A DNA stretch of 64,000 bases from Candidatus Nanosyncoccus sp. GTDB taxonomy: Bacteria > Patescibacteriota > Saccharimonadia > Saccharimonadales > Saccharimonadaceae. Where the stretch lies: assembly GCA_045589895.1 (NCBI GenBank), contig JAZNPY010000002.1, positions 34,546 to 98,545 on the forward strand, written 5' to 3'. The position numbers were made by a program, and so were the translations under genes. The notes under the pieces were generated by a model that saw only the letters and a program-made list of their open reading frames with translations, was not told the DNA's origin and did not search any database. How positions within the stretch are numbered: the stretch's first letter is position 1; the number at the start of each line of letters is the position of its first letter. Shown piece after piece: positions 21,214 through 28,759 of this stretch.

Positions 21214-22155
21214 TTAGAAGTCTTCTAATTCTTCAGCTTCATCGGATTTTTCAATATTATCTGGATTAACCTCTGGCTCAAAAATCACTTCGGTAATCTC
21301 GCCTTTCTTCAGCGGATTCAAATACTGGAGTGGTTTCGCCGCACTAAAATGTGTCGCCACAAGGCCAGTATTAATAATAAGTGTCGTATCCGTACTAAGC
21401 ATTTTAGCGCCGCGAGCCGTTTTCGGAAAAGGCTTCAGCTCCGGAGAGATTAAGCCCAGGTTCGAATGAGTAGCGTCTAGAAGTTTATCTAATCCAATCG
21501 GCACGCAGCCGCCATGCGTATGTCCAAAACTGATGACATCAAAATCTTTCAAAGCCTTAATCGACTTCCTAGTCAAATTTGGAGCATGGGCGGCAAACCA
21601 GTTAACCTTATCCGGTTTCGGTTTCAGATCAAGCGACTGTAATTTTTCCTGGAATGGGCGCGAATTATCCTTTCTATGGCCATCCTGGTCCATAACTGTA
21701 TCAGCTTCCTGAAAACAGCCAAAAACACGAATATTCTCAAGCTCAAACCACTCATCCTGCAGAAGCTTTACATCCGTTTCCTCGCAAATCTCACGCCAAA
21801 TTGACACCACGTCGAGTTCAACTCCGGGGTCGGTCGGAGTAATAAAATCATGACCGCCAAGGACAAGAACTGTCGGGGCAGAATCAGAACAAAGTTTCAT
21901 CGTGTCTTTCAGCTTCTTCAACGAATCATGGTCGAAAAGTTCGGTTGGACTATCAATAAGGTCACCCTGAAGGACGATTAAGTCCGGTTCAATCTTGAGT
22001 ATAGTCTGGTAAATCGCATATTTTTGGGACTCGGTAATAATCGGGCTAATATGCCAGTCGCCGGTCACTGCCACTCTGATTTTATCATCAATTTCCGCCT
22101 CTGGATGGACGTAAAAACGTTGGCGCTTATAGATTTTCGTTTCCTTCAGACTCAT
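21214..22155 (-). CDS. Calcineurin-like metallophosphoesterase
   Basis: GDWH, GDLID, GGHD (Asn of GNHD replaced), AH, GHTHGG. Start moved to ATG 22155. Confidence 0.85.
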   Translation of the reverse strand: MSLKETKIYKRQRFYVHPEAEIDDKIRVAVTGDWHISPIITESQKYAIYQTILKIEPDLIVLQGDLIDSPTELFDHDSLKKLKDTMKLCSDSAPTVLVLGGHDFITPTDPGVELDVVSIWREICEETDVKLLQDEWFELENIRVFGCFQEADTVMDQDGHRKDNSRPFQEKLQSLDLKPKPDKVNWFAAHAPNLTRKSIKALKDFDVISFGHTHGGCVPIGLDKLLDATHSNLGLISPELKPFPKTARGAKMLSTDTTLIINTGLVATHFSAAKPLQYLNPLKKGEITEVIFEPEVNPDNIEKSDEAEELEDF

Positions 22156-22241
22156 CAGTTTTATTATAGCAAATTGAGGGGGAAAGTGGGGGAAAAGATG
22201 GCTAGATTTAAAAAATCGCACGTAACGTGCGAATTCTGGTT

Positions 22242-22316
22242 TTTGGAGGCGCCGACTAAAAAAGGCGCTGAACAAAGCAAGGAAAGCTTGCTCTCATTTG
22301 CTTTGGAGGCGCCGAC
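22242..22316 (-). repeat. 60-bp unit with duplicated tRNA-Cys 3' end
   Basis: TTTGGAGGCGCCGAC at 22242-22256 and 22302-22316. Confidence 0.85.
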
Positions 22317-22377
22317 CGGAATTGAACCGGTGTACAAGGTTTTGCAGACCTCTGCGTAACCACTCCGCCACAGCGCC
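22304..22377 (-). tRNA. tRNA-Cys(GCA)
   Basis: Reverse complement: acceptor GGCGCTG/CGGCGCC, anticodon loop CTGCAAA, discriminator U, CCA. Confidence 0.96.
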
Positions 22378-22535
22378 ATGTCTATATTTTACCATAAATG
22401 TCGGTTTTTGGTGAATATTCGGTCGAGGCGCTCGAAAGTTTGACTCTTTTGACTGAAAATGTTAATATTAGGAGCGGAAAGCCAGAGGTTATACTGGTTT
22501 TAGAAACTTAGTGAGTCTGTTTGGAGGTGGTAGCT

Positions 22536-23057
22536 ATGTCAGAAGAGAAGAATAGCTCGGCGCGGACAGAGCTTGAATCGGTCAGAGATCGCCGCATGAC
22601 GATTCCGGAGTGCCAGATTCATACGATGTTACACATTGAAGAGGTTCGCAAGAATATTCGTTGGTTTACCGATAAACTAACGAGCCGTGGCGTGAATCAC
22701 GACAAGTCGAAGTTGAGGTCTCCCGAGGTGGAGGCTTTCGCCGAACATACTCCTAGGCTTGAATACCTGGAGTATGGTTCGGAGGCTTATGAACGTGAGC
22801 TTGAGGAGCTGCAGGCTACCATTGACCATCATTACGCAAAAAATCGCCATCATCCTGAGCATTTTGACAATGGAATCAACGATATGACGTTGGTCGATTT
22901 GGTTGAAATGCTTTGTGATTGGAGGGCGTCCGCGAAACGTAACAAAAATGGTAACTTGCTGAAAAGTATCGAAAAAAATGCGAAACGCTTTCATATCGAT
23001 AGTCAGCTGAAGCAGATTCTCGTAAATACCGCGAAAAGCATTGACGAAGCCGAATGA
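22536..23057 (+). CDS. DUF5662-like HD-type protein
   Basis: HDKSKL..E, HHYAKNRHHPEH, DLVEMLCDW motifs. Start moved to ATG 22536 after SD GGAGGT. Confidence 0.8.
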   Translation: MSEEKNSSARTELESVRDRRMTIPECQIHTMLHIEEVRKNIRWFTDKLTSRGVNHDKSKLRSPEVEAFAEHTPRLEYLEYGSEAYERELEELQATIDHHYAKNRHHPEHFDNGINDMTLVDLVEMLCDWRASAKRNKNGNLLKSIEKNAKRFHIDSQLKQILVNTAKSIDEAE

Positions 23058-23065
23058 CTCCGCCG

Positions 23066-23095
23066 ATCTCCCCTGCTATTTGGGGAGATTTTTTT
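23066..23095 (+). terminator. Intrinsic terminator
   Basis: ATCTCCCC...GGGGAGAT plus T-run. Confidence 0.75.
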
Positions 23096-23195
23096 GACGA
23101 AAAAAGTGGATTTAATAAGGGTTAAATATAAAAACCCCGGTTTTTATAAGGACCGGGGTATAAAAAATACTTCTTCCGAAGTATCAAGTCTATAA

Positions 23196-23272
23196 TGGTG
23201 CGAGCGAAGAGATTCAAACTCTCGACCTCTTCCTTGGCAAGGAAGCGCTCTAATCAGCTGAGCTACGCTCGC
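23196..23272 (-). tRNA. tRNA-Gly(GCC) with non-canonical A19/U56 elbow
   Basis: Reverse complement: acceptor GCGAGCG/CGCTCGC, anticodon arm CTTCC-TTGCCAA-GGAAG, D-loop AGCTGATTA, T-loop TTTGAAT, CCA. Confidence 0.93.
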
Positions 23273-23431
23273 ACGATATAGACATTATAGCACACTCGTA
23301 CGAGAAAATAAAGATTTTAGCTTCACTTTGTGAAGTTTTTTATTTGTTCAATCGGAGTGTTTAAGCGTCATCTAAACGCTCCGTAGAGAAAATTTACAGT
23401 ATAATAAGGGGAAAGATGGTAAACTAAATAT

Positions 23432-23815
23432 ATGAAACGTAAAGGTAAAATTACACCAAACGGTGTTATACTGAAAACACACGAAAATATTACAGTGGTT
23501 TTTCTAACTGAGCAAGGATTCGATATTGAGCTCATTCCAAAAAGTAATATTAAAGGGATTCATACGCCAGATATCATAATGAACAATTTAAAATGGGAAA
23601 TGAAAGCTCCAATAGGTAGTGGAAAATATCTTATAGCAAATACTATCCAGAGAGCAGTTAGACAGTCGCCAAATATTATTATAGACCTTCGCCACACAAA
23701 AAGACATCAAGTAAAGTGCTTGAAAGAGATAGAGAATGAATTTAGAAAATCTAACAGTGTAAAGCGAATAAAAATCATTACGAAAGCCAAGAAGATGCTT
23801 GACTATGAGAAATAG
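23432..23815 (+). CDS. CdiA C-terminal-like PD-(D/E)xK nuclease, stand-alone
   Basis: TPDIIMNNLKWEMKAP, NTIQRAVRQSPNIIIDL; AT-rich; no signal peptide and no adjacent immunity ORF. Confidence 0.7.
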   Translation: MKRKGKITPNGVILKTHENITVVFLTEQGFDIELIPKSNIKGIHTPDIIMNNLKWEMKAPIGSGKYLIANTIQRAVRQSPNIIIDLRHTKRHQVKCLKEIENEFRKSNSVKRIKIITKAKKMLDYEK

Positions 23816-23827
23816 ATAAGTTATAAT
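23799..23827 (+). promoter_or_regulatory. Promoter embedded in the last codons of the nuclease gene
   Basis: TTGACT (23799-23804)-N17-TATAAT (23822-23827). Confidence 0.7.
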
Positions 23828-23833
23828 AGTAGT

Positions 23834-23885
23834 TAACGAGGGCAGGACCTGCATTGGATATATGCGGGACACCGCCCTCAAAATT
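23834..23885 (+). ncRNA. Candidate small hairpin RNA downstream of CdiA-CT-like gene
   Basis: GAGGGC/GCCCTC outer stem enclosing CCTGCAT-TGGATAT-ATGCGGG, a GC-rich patch in AT-rich DNA immediately after a promoter. Confidence 0.5.
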
Positions 23886-23960
23886 TATTTAGAAAAATAC
23901 ACAACTGTCAGAACAATTATACACGCCTGAAACAAAAGTAATTATTTCGATGAAAATGTT

Positions 23961-24776
23961 TCAGATGTTTTTTATACCAGAGAGGAACTTAGTAAGAAAG
24001 AGAACAATGAGGTTAACAAGGACAATGGTAGAACTGGTAGGGGTGGAGTAGAAGTAAGAAATTATAAGTCCGAGGATGAACGAAATGACAGAAATGAAAG
24101 CTCCGGAGATGACGACGGATTTGAAGTTTTTGAAAATTTGCGAGCTGGAGAGAGTTGGAAAAATGATTAGACTGGAGATGAGTAAGGCACCCATAAGTCT
24201 CATGCCGAGTACAACCACAACTGAGCACAGAATTGCAAAGATTGCGTTATAGATCCCAACGCGTACACCGATGGACTGAGCGAATTTTTGATCAAAGGTG
24301 ATAGCGAAAATCTTATGGTAAGATAAGATGTATAGTGCAAGGACAGTGATGGAAAGAATAATGCTAATAATAACATCACTATTGCTAAGCGATAGGATAC
24401 TACCAAAGAGATAACTGTTCAAATCGATGTTGACACCTTTGGTGATGGAAATAGCAAAAGTACCGATGGCAAGGGCACTGGCAGAAACAATGGCGATAGC
24501 GGAGTCACCATGGATTTTGCTGTTTTCACTAAGCCTTAAGATGAAAAATGAGGCCAAAATTACGACTGGAAGAGCAAATTCAACTGGTGCAAATCCGAGT
24601 ACTGTAGCGATAGCAAAAGCGCCGAAAGCAACGTGGGAGAGTCCGTCGCCAATCATGGAATTTTTACGAAGCACAAGCGGTACGCCGATAAGCGCAGAGC
24701 ATAGCGCGATTAGGCCGCCAACGATGAACGCACGAACCATAAAAGAGTACGAAAACATCTCGATTAAACTATTCAT
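23961..24776 (-). CDS. Zn/Mn ABC transporter permease (ZnuB/MntB-like)
   Basis: SMIGDGLSHVAFGA, YLFGSIL, MGALLISSLIIFP. Confidence 0.93.
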   Translation of the reverse strand: MNSLIEMFSYSFMVRAFIVGGLIALCSALIGVPLVLRKNSMIGDGLSHVAFGAFAIATVLGFAPVEFALPVVILASFFILRLSENSKIHGDSAIAIVSASALAIGTFAISITKGVNIDLNSYLFGSILSLSNSDVIISIILSITVLALYILSYHKIFAITFDQKFAQSIGVRVGIYNAIFAILCSVVVVLGMRLMGALLISSLIIFPTLSSSQIFKNFKSVVISGAFISVISFILGLIISYFYSTPTSSTIVLVNLIVLFLTKFLSGIKNI

Positions 24777-25449
24777 GGTGCACCTTCTTATAAAAATCTT
24801 TCACGCTACCGAAGAAAATACTGCCAGGTCTGAGGGATAGGACTTTATTGCCGATAAGAGTATCATGGTCAAGGTCATGCGTAATCATTAAAATCGTAAT
24901 TCCCTGCTTATTGAGGTCGGTTAAGGTCTGATAGAAGCTAGTCTTAGCGTCGCGATCGAGATTATTGGACGGCTCGTCAAGAACTAAGAGTTTTGTCGTG
25001 GCGGCGAGACTGCGGGCGAGCAAAACTTTTTGACGTTGGCCACCGGAGAGGTCGCAAAAATTTTTCCTGGCAAGATGCTCGATTTTTAGGGTTTTAAGAG
25101 CGTTCTTGGCGAGAGTTTTTTCCGATTTTTGATAGAATGGGCGTGCGCCAAGACGATTTAGGGTGCCGGACAATACGATTTCGTAAACTGAAGCTGGGAA
25201 ATTCGCATCAACTTTTGTTTCCTGGGGCATGTAGCCGATAAAATTTTGTTTTAGATTTTTATTATAAATGATTTTACCTTCTTGCGGCTTTAGAAGTTTC
25301 AGAATCCCTTTGACCAGAGTTGATTTACCAGCGCCGTTCGGACCAACAATACAAATAAAGTCGCCTTCATCAATTGCGAAATCAAGTTTCTCTAGAACAG
25401 CTTGGCCGTTATAGCCGAGCGACAAATTTTTGACTTTGATTAAGTTCAC
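24769..25449 (-). CDS. Zn/Mn ABC transporter ATP-binding protein (ZnuC-like)
   Basis: GPNGAGKST, LSGGQRQ, LDEP, ITHD. Real start likely GTG 25449; the longer ORF runs through the tRNA-Leu gene. Confidence 0.92.
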   Translation of the reverse strand: MNLIKVKNLSLGYNGQAVLEKLDFAIDEGDFICIVGPNGAGKSTLVKGILKLLKPQEGKIIYNKNLKQNFIGYMPQETKVDANFPASVYEIVLSGTLNRLGARPFYQKSEKTLAKNALKTLKIEHLARKNFCDLSGGQRQKVLLARSLAATTKLLVLDEPSNNLDRDAKTSFYQTLTDLNKQGITILMITHDLDHDTLIGNKVLSLRPGSIFFGSVKDFYKKVHHE

Positions 25450-25522
25450 CTTATAATTATAGATGGTTTGAGAAGTCGGCGCAAGTGTGGTATAATTGGT
25501 TTGTTCGTGGTTTAACGAGCTG

Positions 25523-25607
25523 GCCCGAGTGGCGGAATTGGTATACGCGTTCGACTTAAAATCGAATGGAGCAATCCATATGGGTTCAAGTCCCATCTCG
25601 GGCACCA
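25523..25607 (+). tRNA. tRNA-Leu(UAA)
   Basis: Acceptor GCCCGAG/CTCGGGC, anticodon arm TTCGA-CTTAAAA-TCGAA, variable arm, CCA; terminator hairpin at 25609-25634. Confidence 0.96.
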
Positions 25608-25632
25608 GAAAGTCCTCTTTAGAGAGGATTTT

Positions 25633-26583
25633 TTATGGGTTAAAGAACTCTGTTAGAATTTTGAGGTTATTTTTCATAATGTCGACATAGGTGATGCCGG
25701 ATTCAAAGTCGGAGACGGAGATGTTATGAGCGGCGTTCAACTCTTTAATTTCTGCGCCGGTGGCTTCGGAGATGGTTCGTGCGAGTTTGTCTGAGGTGAA
25801 TTCGGTTTTGAAAATTGTCTTGAGGTTTTCTGATTTGACTTTGTCGACCAGGAAAGCTACCGTACTACTGCTGGCTTCGGTTTGTTCAGAGCAACCAGGG
25901 AAAGCTGCGAAGTATTCGAGTCCATACTCGTCCACGAAGTAGCGAAAAGGAAAACGATCGGCAAAAATTAAAATTTTATTATTTGTGGTTAAATCGCGGA
26001 AAGATTGGTCAAGTTTAATGATTTCGGCGGCGTATTGGTCAGTGTTTGACTGATATTTTTCAGAGTTTTCCGGATTGTTTTCGGATAGTTTTTGGTGGAT
26101 AACTGCTAATAGCTTTTCGGTGTTTTTTGGGCTAGTCCAGATATGTTCATCGTATTCCGAGCTATCGTTTTCCGATTCATCTGATTCCATGCCCTCGACG
26201 AGTTCCTCAGTTTTTAAGTCAATAAAGTCCATAAGACGTAGGGTTTTTTCGCGCGGGATATTATTATCGGCGAGAAGCCGATCAACCCATGCTTCTGATT
26301 CCCCGCCATTATAAATAAAGAGGTCGGATTTAGAGATATCAATAATATCCTGTGGGGTAGGTTCAAAGCCGTGCATGTCGCCGCCGGGTTTGATCAGCAA
26401 CTTTACGGAATTCGAGTCGCCAGTTATGGCACGAGCGAGGTCATAGCCGATAAAATTCGTAGCAATAATCGATGCCGGCGGATTATCGATTGGTTTAAGC
26501 TTGGAGATTACAAAAAAACCACCGACTATTAATAGGATGCAGAAAATAGTAGTCAATAGTGTCCTGATTGTATTTTTCAACAT
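25633..26583 (-). CDS. Zn/Mn ABC transporter substrate-binding protein (ZnuA/AdcA-like)
   Basis: GGDMHGFEPTP, YNGGESE, YDEHIWTSP, DRFPFRYF. Start moved to ATG 26583. Confidence 0.92.
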   Translation of the reverse strand: MLKNTIRTLLTTIFCILLIVGGFFVISKLKPIDNPPASIIATNFIGYDLARAITGDSNSVKLLIKPGGDMHGFEPTPQDIIDISKSDLFIYNGGESEAWVDRLLADNNIPREKTLRLMDFIDLKTEELVEGMESDESENDSSEYDEHIWTSPKNTEKLLAVIHQKLSENNPENSEKYQSNTDQYAAEIIKLDQSFRDLTTNNKILIFADRFPFRYFVDEYGLEYFAAFPGCSEQTEASSSTVAFLVDKVKSENLKTIFKTEFTSDKLARTISEATGAEIKELNAAHNISVSDFESGITYVDIMKNNLKILTEFFNP

Positions 26584-26599
26584 ATATCTTATTATAGCA

Positions 26600-26718
26600 T
26601 AAAGAAAATGCGCCCGGGTCGAGGACGCATTTTTTTTGATAGTCTTTCTAGGCATATTAGCCAGAAACACTCCTAACTCGGGAGATCGGGCGGCTCTCAA
26701 CTTTCGTCCGATATCCTT
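26600..26718 (-). ncRNA. Candidate structured RNA upstream of the metal-binding protein gene
   Basis: TTGACA-N18-TAAAAT promoter (26754-26725), three predicted hairpins, then a terminator-like hairpin at 26605-26632. Confidence 0.4.
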
Positions 26719-26912
26719 ATTTATATTTTAAGCTATTCAGATAAGGCTTGTCAAGATTGAAATTTGGTTTTTTTCTGTTTTAGCTAAAACGTTTTCCACA
26801 GATTTTTTGTTATGCTATAACAGGGGAAAACCGAACAGTTTATGCTTGACTTTTTCCTGTTTTATGTTTATGTATACTAGACAATTCTGTATGCTTTTGT
26901 TATACTGAGAGC

Positions 26913-27506
26913 ATGACAAGTGGAGGAAAAAAGTCCTGGTTGGACAAGTGGCTAGAAGGCCTAAACCTGGCTTTTACTGGACTAAAATCAGCAATGCGAA
27001 CGCGAAGATTTTGGGTATTCTTCGTACCAACTTTTGTGGTTTTTGGAACGCTATTAAATTTACTAGGTGGCGGAACGGCAGCTTTTAGTCTAATCGCCGT
27101 ATCTAGCTTTGGTGGAAAAATGAAGATTATATTAGATGGTTTTTTGGGGCTATTTGGAGTCGGCCAGTTCTTTTTGGACTGGCTAATAGTTTTTGTGGTA
27201 ACTTTTTTGCAGGCTACTTTAATCGGAGCGATTGGAGTGGCATGGAAACGAAATAAAGATCAGGAGAGCCTGCAAAGTTCTGGGATTGTAGCAGGGCTTG
27301 CGATTCTCGGAAGTGGTTGCCCGACGTGTGGTACGGCTCTAATTACCCCTATCTTGGCGACGGTTTTTTCAACTGGCGGATATGCAATTGCTGGTGTGGT
27401 CTCGCGCATTATTACCTTGTTGTCAGTCGTAGTGGCGTTATTTGCTCTATATAAAGTTGGTAATGGGCTGAACGGATGTAAGCTAAATCTTAAGGAGAAA
27501 AAATGA
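26913..27506 (+). CDS. Membrane protein with CxxC motif (GCPTCG)
   Basis: Four to five TM segments; GSGCPTCG; 4-nt ATGA overlap with the downstream thioredoxin-fold gene. Confidence 0.75.
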   Translation: MTSGGKKSWLDKWLEGLNLAFTGLKSAMRTRRFWVFFVPTFVVFGTLLNLLGGGTAAFSLIAVSSFGGKMKIILDGFLGLFGVGQFFLDWLIVFVVTFLQATLIGAIGVAWKRNKDQESLQSSGIVAGLAILGSGCPTCGTALITPILATVFSTGGYAIAGVVSRIITLLSVVVALFALYKVGNGLNGCKLNLKEKK

Positions 27507-28216
27507 AACAGGCTGGGAAGATTGTACGTATAGTTGGGCTAATAGTAGTAAGCGTAGCGGTTCTAATGCTTATCGTACTCAGCGCAGCGACGAAGCCTTC
27601 TAGCGGAGATAAAGTTTGGGATTCGCGAACTACTATTGGGAGCCTTGATGCAAAAAATTATTATGTGCAATACACTGATCTTGCTTGTCCGTATTGCAGC
27701 GTATTTTCTAGAGAGTTGATGGACAATTTCGAGGAATTTAAACGTGATTATATTGAAGGTAAGGACATTTTATATGAGGTACGCGTGACAGATTTTCTAT
27801 ACGAGTATGGCGAGCATAAGACTGGAATGTCTCGTTGGGGAGCAACTGGTGCGTACTGTGCAACACAAGAGGACAAGTTCTGGGAATATTATCACGCGGC
27901 GTTGAAATCGCTCTGGAAAGATTACCATTCTAAGGGGATAGGCGTATCGAAAGAGTCACCAATGATTGAAGATATGACTAAGGACTATTGGGTAAAAATT
28001 GGCGAAAAAGTAGGGTTTGATAAGGCTGAATTTGCTAGCTGCATGGATAGCGGTGAGACCATTGAAGCGGTGCAGAAAAATACGGCAAAAGCGGCGAAAA
28101 CTGCGGATGGAATGCCGTATTTTGTATTCAACAAGTTTGTTTCTAGTGGATTCGACAATAATTGGGGGTGGGACTATGTGAAGAAATACCTAGACGCTGG
28201 GCTAGAGACTAATTAG
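27503..28216 (+). CDS. DsbA-like thioredoxin-fold protein, membrane anchored
   Basis: N-terminal TM, YTDLACPYCS, cis-Pro motif GMPYF. Confidence 0.85.
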   Translation: MKQAGKIVRIVGLIVVSVAVLMLIVLSAATKPSSGDKVWDSRTTIGSLDAKNYYVQYTDLACPYCSVFSRELMDNFEEFKRDYIEGKDILYEVRVTDFLYEYGEHKTGMSRWGATGAYCATQEDKFWEYYHAALKSLWKDYHSKGIGVSKESPMIEDMTKDYWVKIGEKVGFDKAEFASCMDSGETIEAVQKNTAKAAKTADGMPYFVFNKFVSSGFDNNWGWDYVKKYLDAGLETN

Positions 28217-28756
28217 TTTAGCTTCAAATAGGACCGTAGGGACGGCTGGCGGCGGCGTAAAATCAGTAGGCTTCATAGGATAGCGAATTTTGGTTTGATA
28301 TTTTTGGATGAGCTCTTGACCGAGCTTAGAGGTATAATGCCGGTCGGTGTTAAGAAGCTTAAGTGCGAATTGCTTCTGCAAAATAAGGTAAAAACTTTCT
28401 GGTGGATTTTTGGCTGATAAAAGTTTGTGGACTATTTTTGAGCTAAGATGAAAGGGTGGGTTGGCGAAAATTTTATATGACGTTTCATCAGGGAGGTTAT
28501 AGTCGAGAAAATCCTGTTCGATAACTTCTACATTGTCAAATTTTTTAGTATTTTGACGAAGCTTGGCCGCAGTTTCATGATCTGGCTCAATAGCGATAAC
28601 TTTACGGCAGCGTTTTGCTAGAGCTGACGTAATTACACCGGAACCAGCACCAATATCGATTACCGTATCACGTTTTTTAATATTAGAATGACCAATCAGA
28701 AAAAGTGCTAGTCGTGGGCTGCTTAAGAAATGTTGTGAGAGAAGATGATTTCGCAA
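28202..28756 (-). CDS. Short Erm/KsgA-family rRNA adenine N6-methyltransferase
   Basis: SQHFL, IDIGAGSG, ANPPF, FTPPPAV; 184 aa; TTG start 3 nt after the hisS stop. Confidence 0.82.
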   Translation of the reverse strand: MRNHLLSQHFLSSPRLALFLIGHSNIKKRDTVIDIGAGSGVITSALAKRCRKVIAIEPDHETAAKLRQNTKKFDNVEVIEQDFLDYNLPDETSYKIFANPPFHLSSKIVHKLLSAKNPPESFYLILQKQFALKLLNTDRHYTSKLGQELIQKYQTKIRYPMKPTDFTPPPAVPTVLFEAKLISL

Positions 28757-28759
28757 AAA

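Noticed and set aside
25450-25605. N-terminal extension of the metal ABC ATPase ORF
   Set aside because: It is the antisense reading of tRNA-Leu(UAA); a GTG start with its own -10 lies at 25449.
26584-26700. N-terminal extension of the metal-binding protein ORF
   Set aside because: Runs through a terminator-like hairpin; the signal peptide and leaderless promoter point to ATG 26583.
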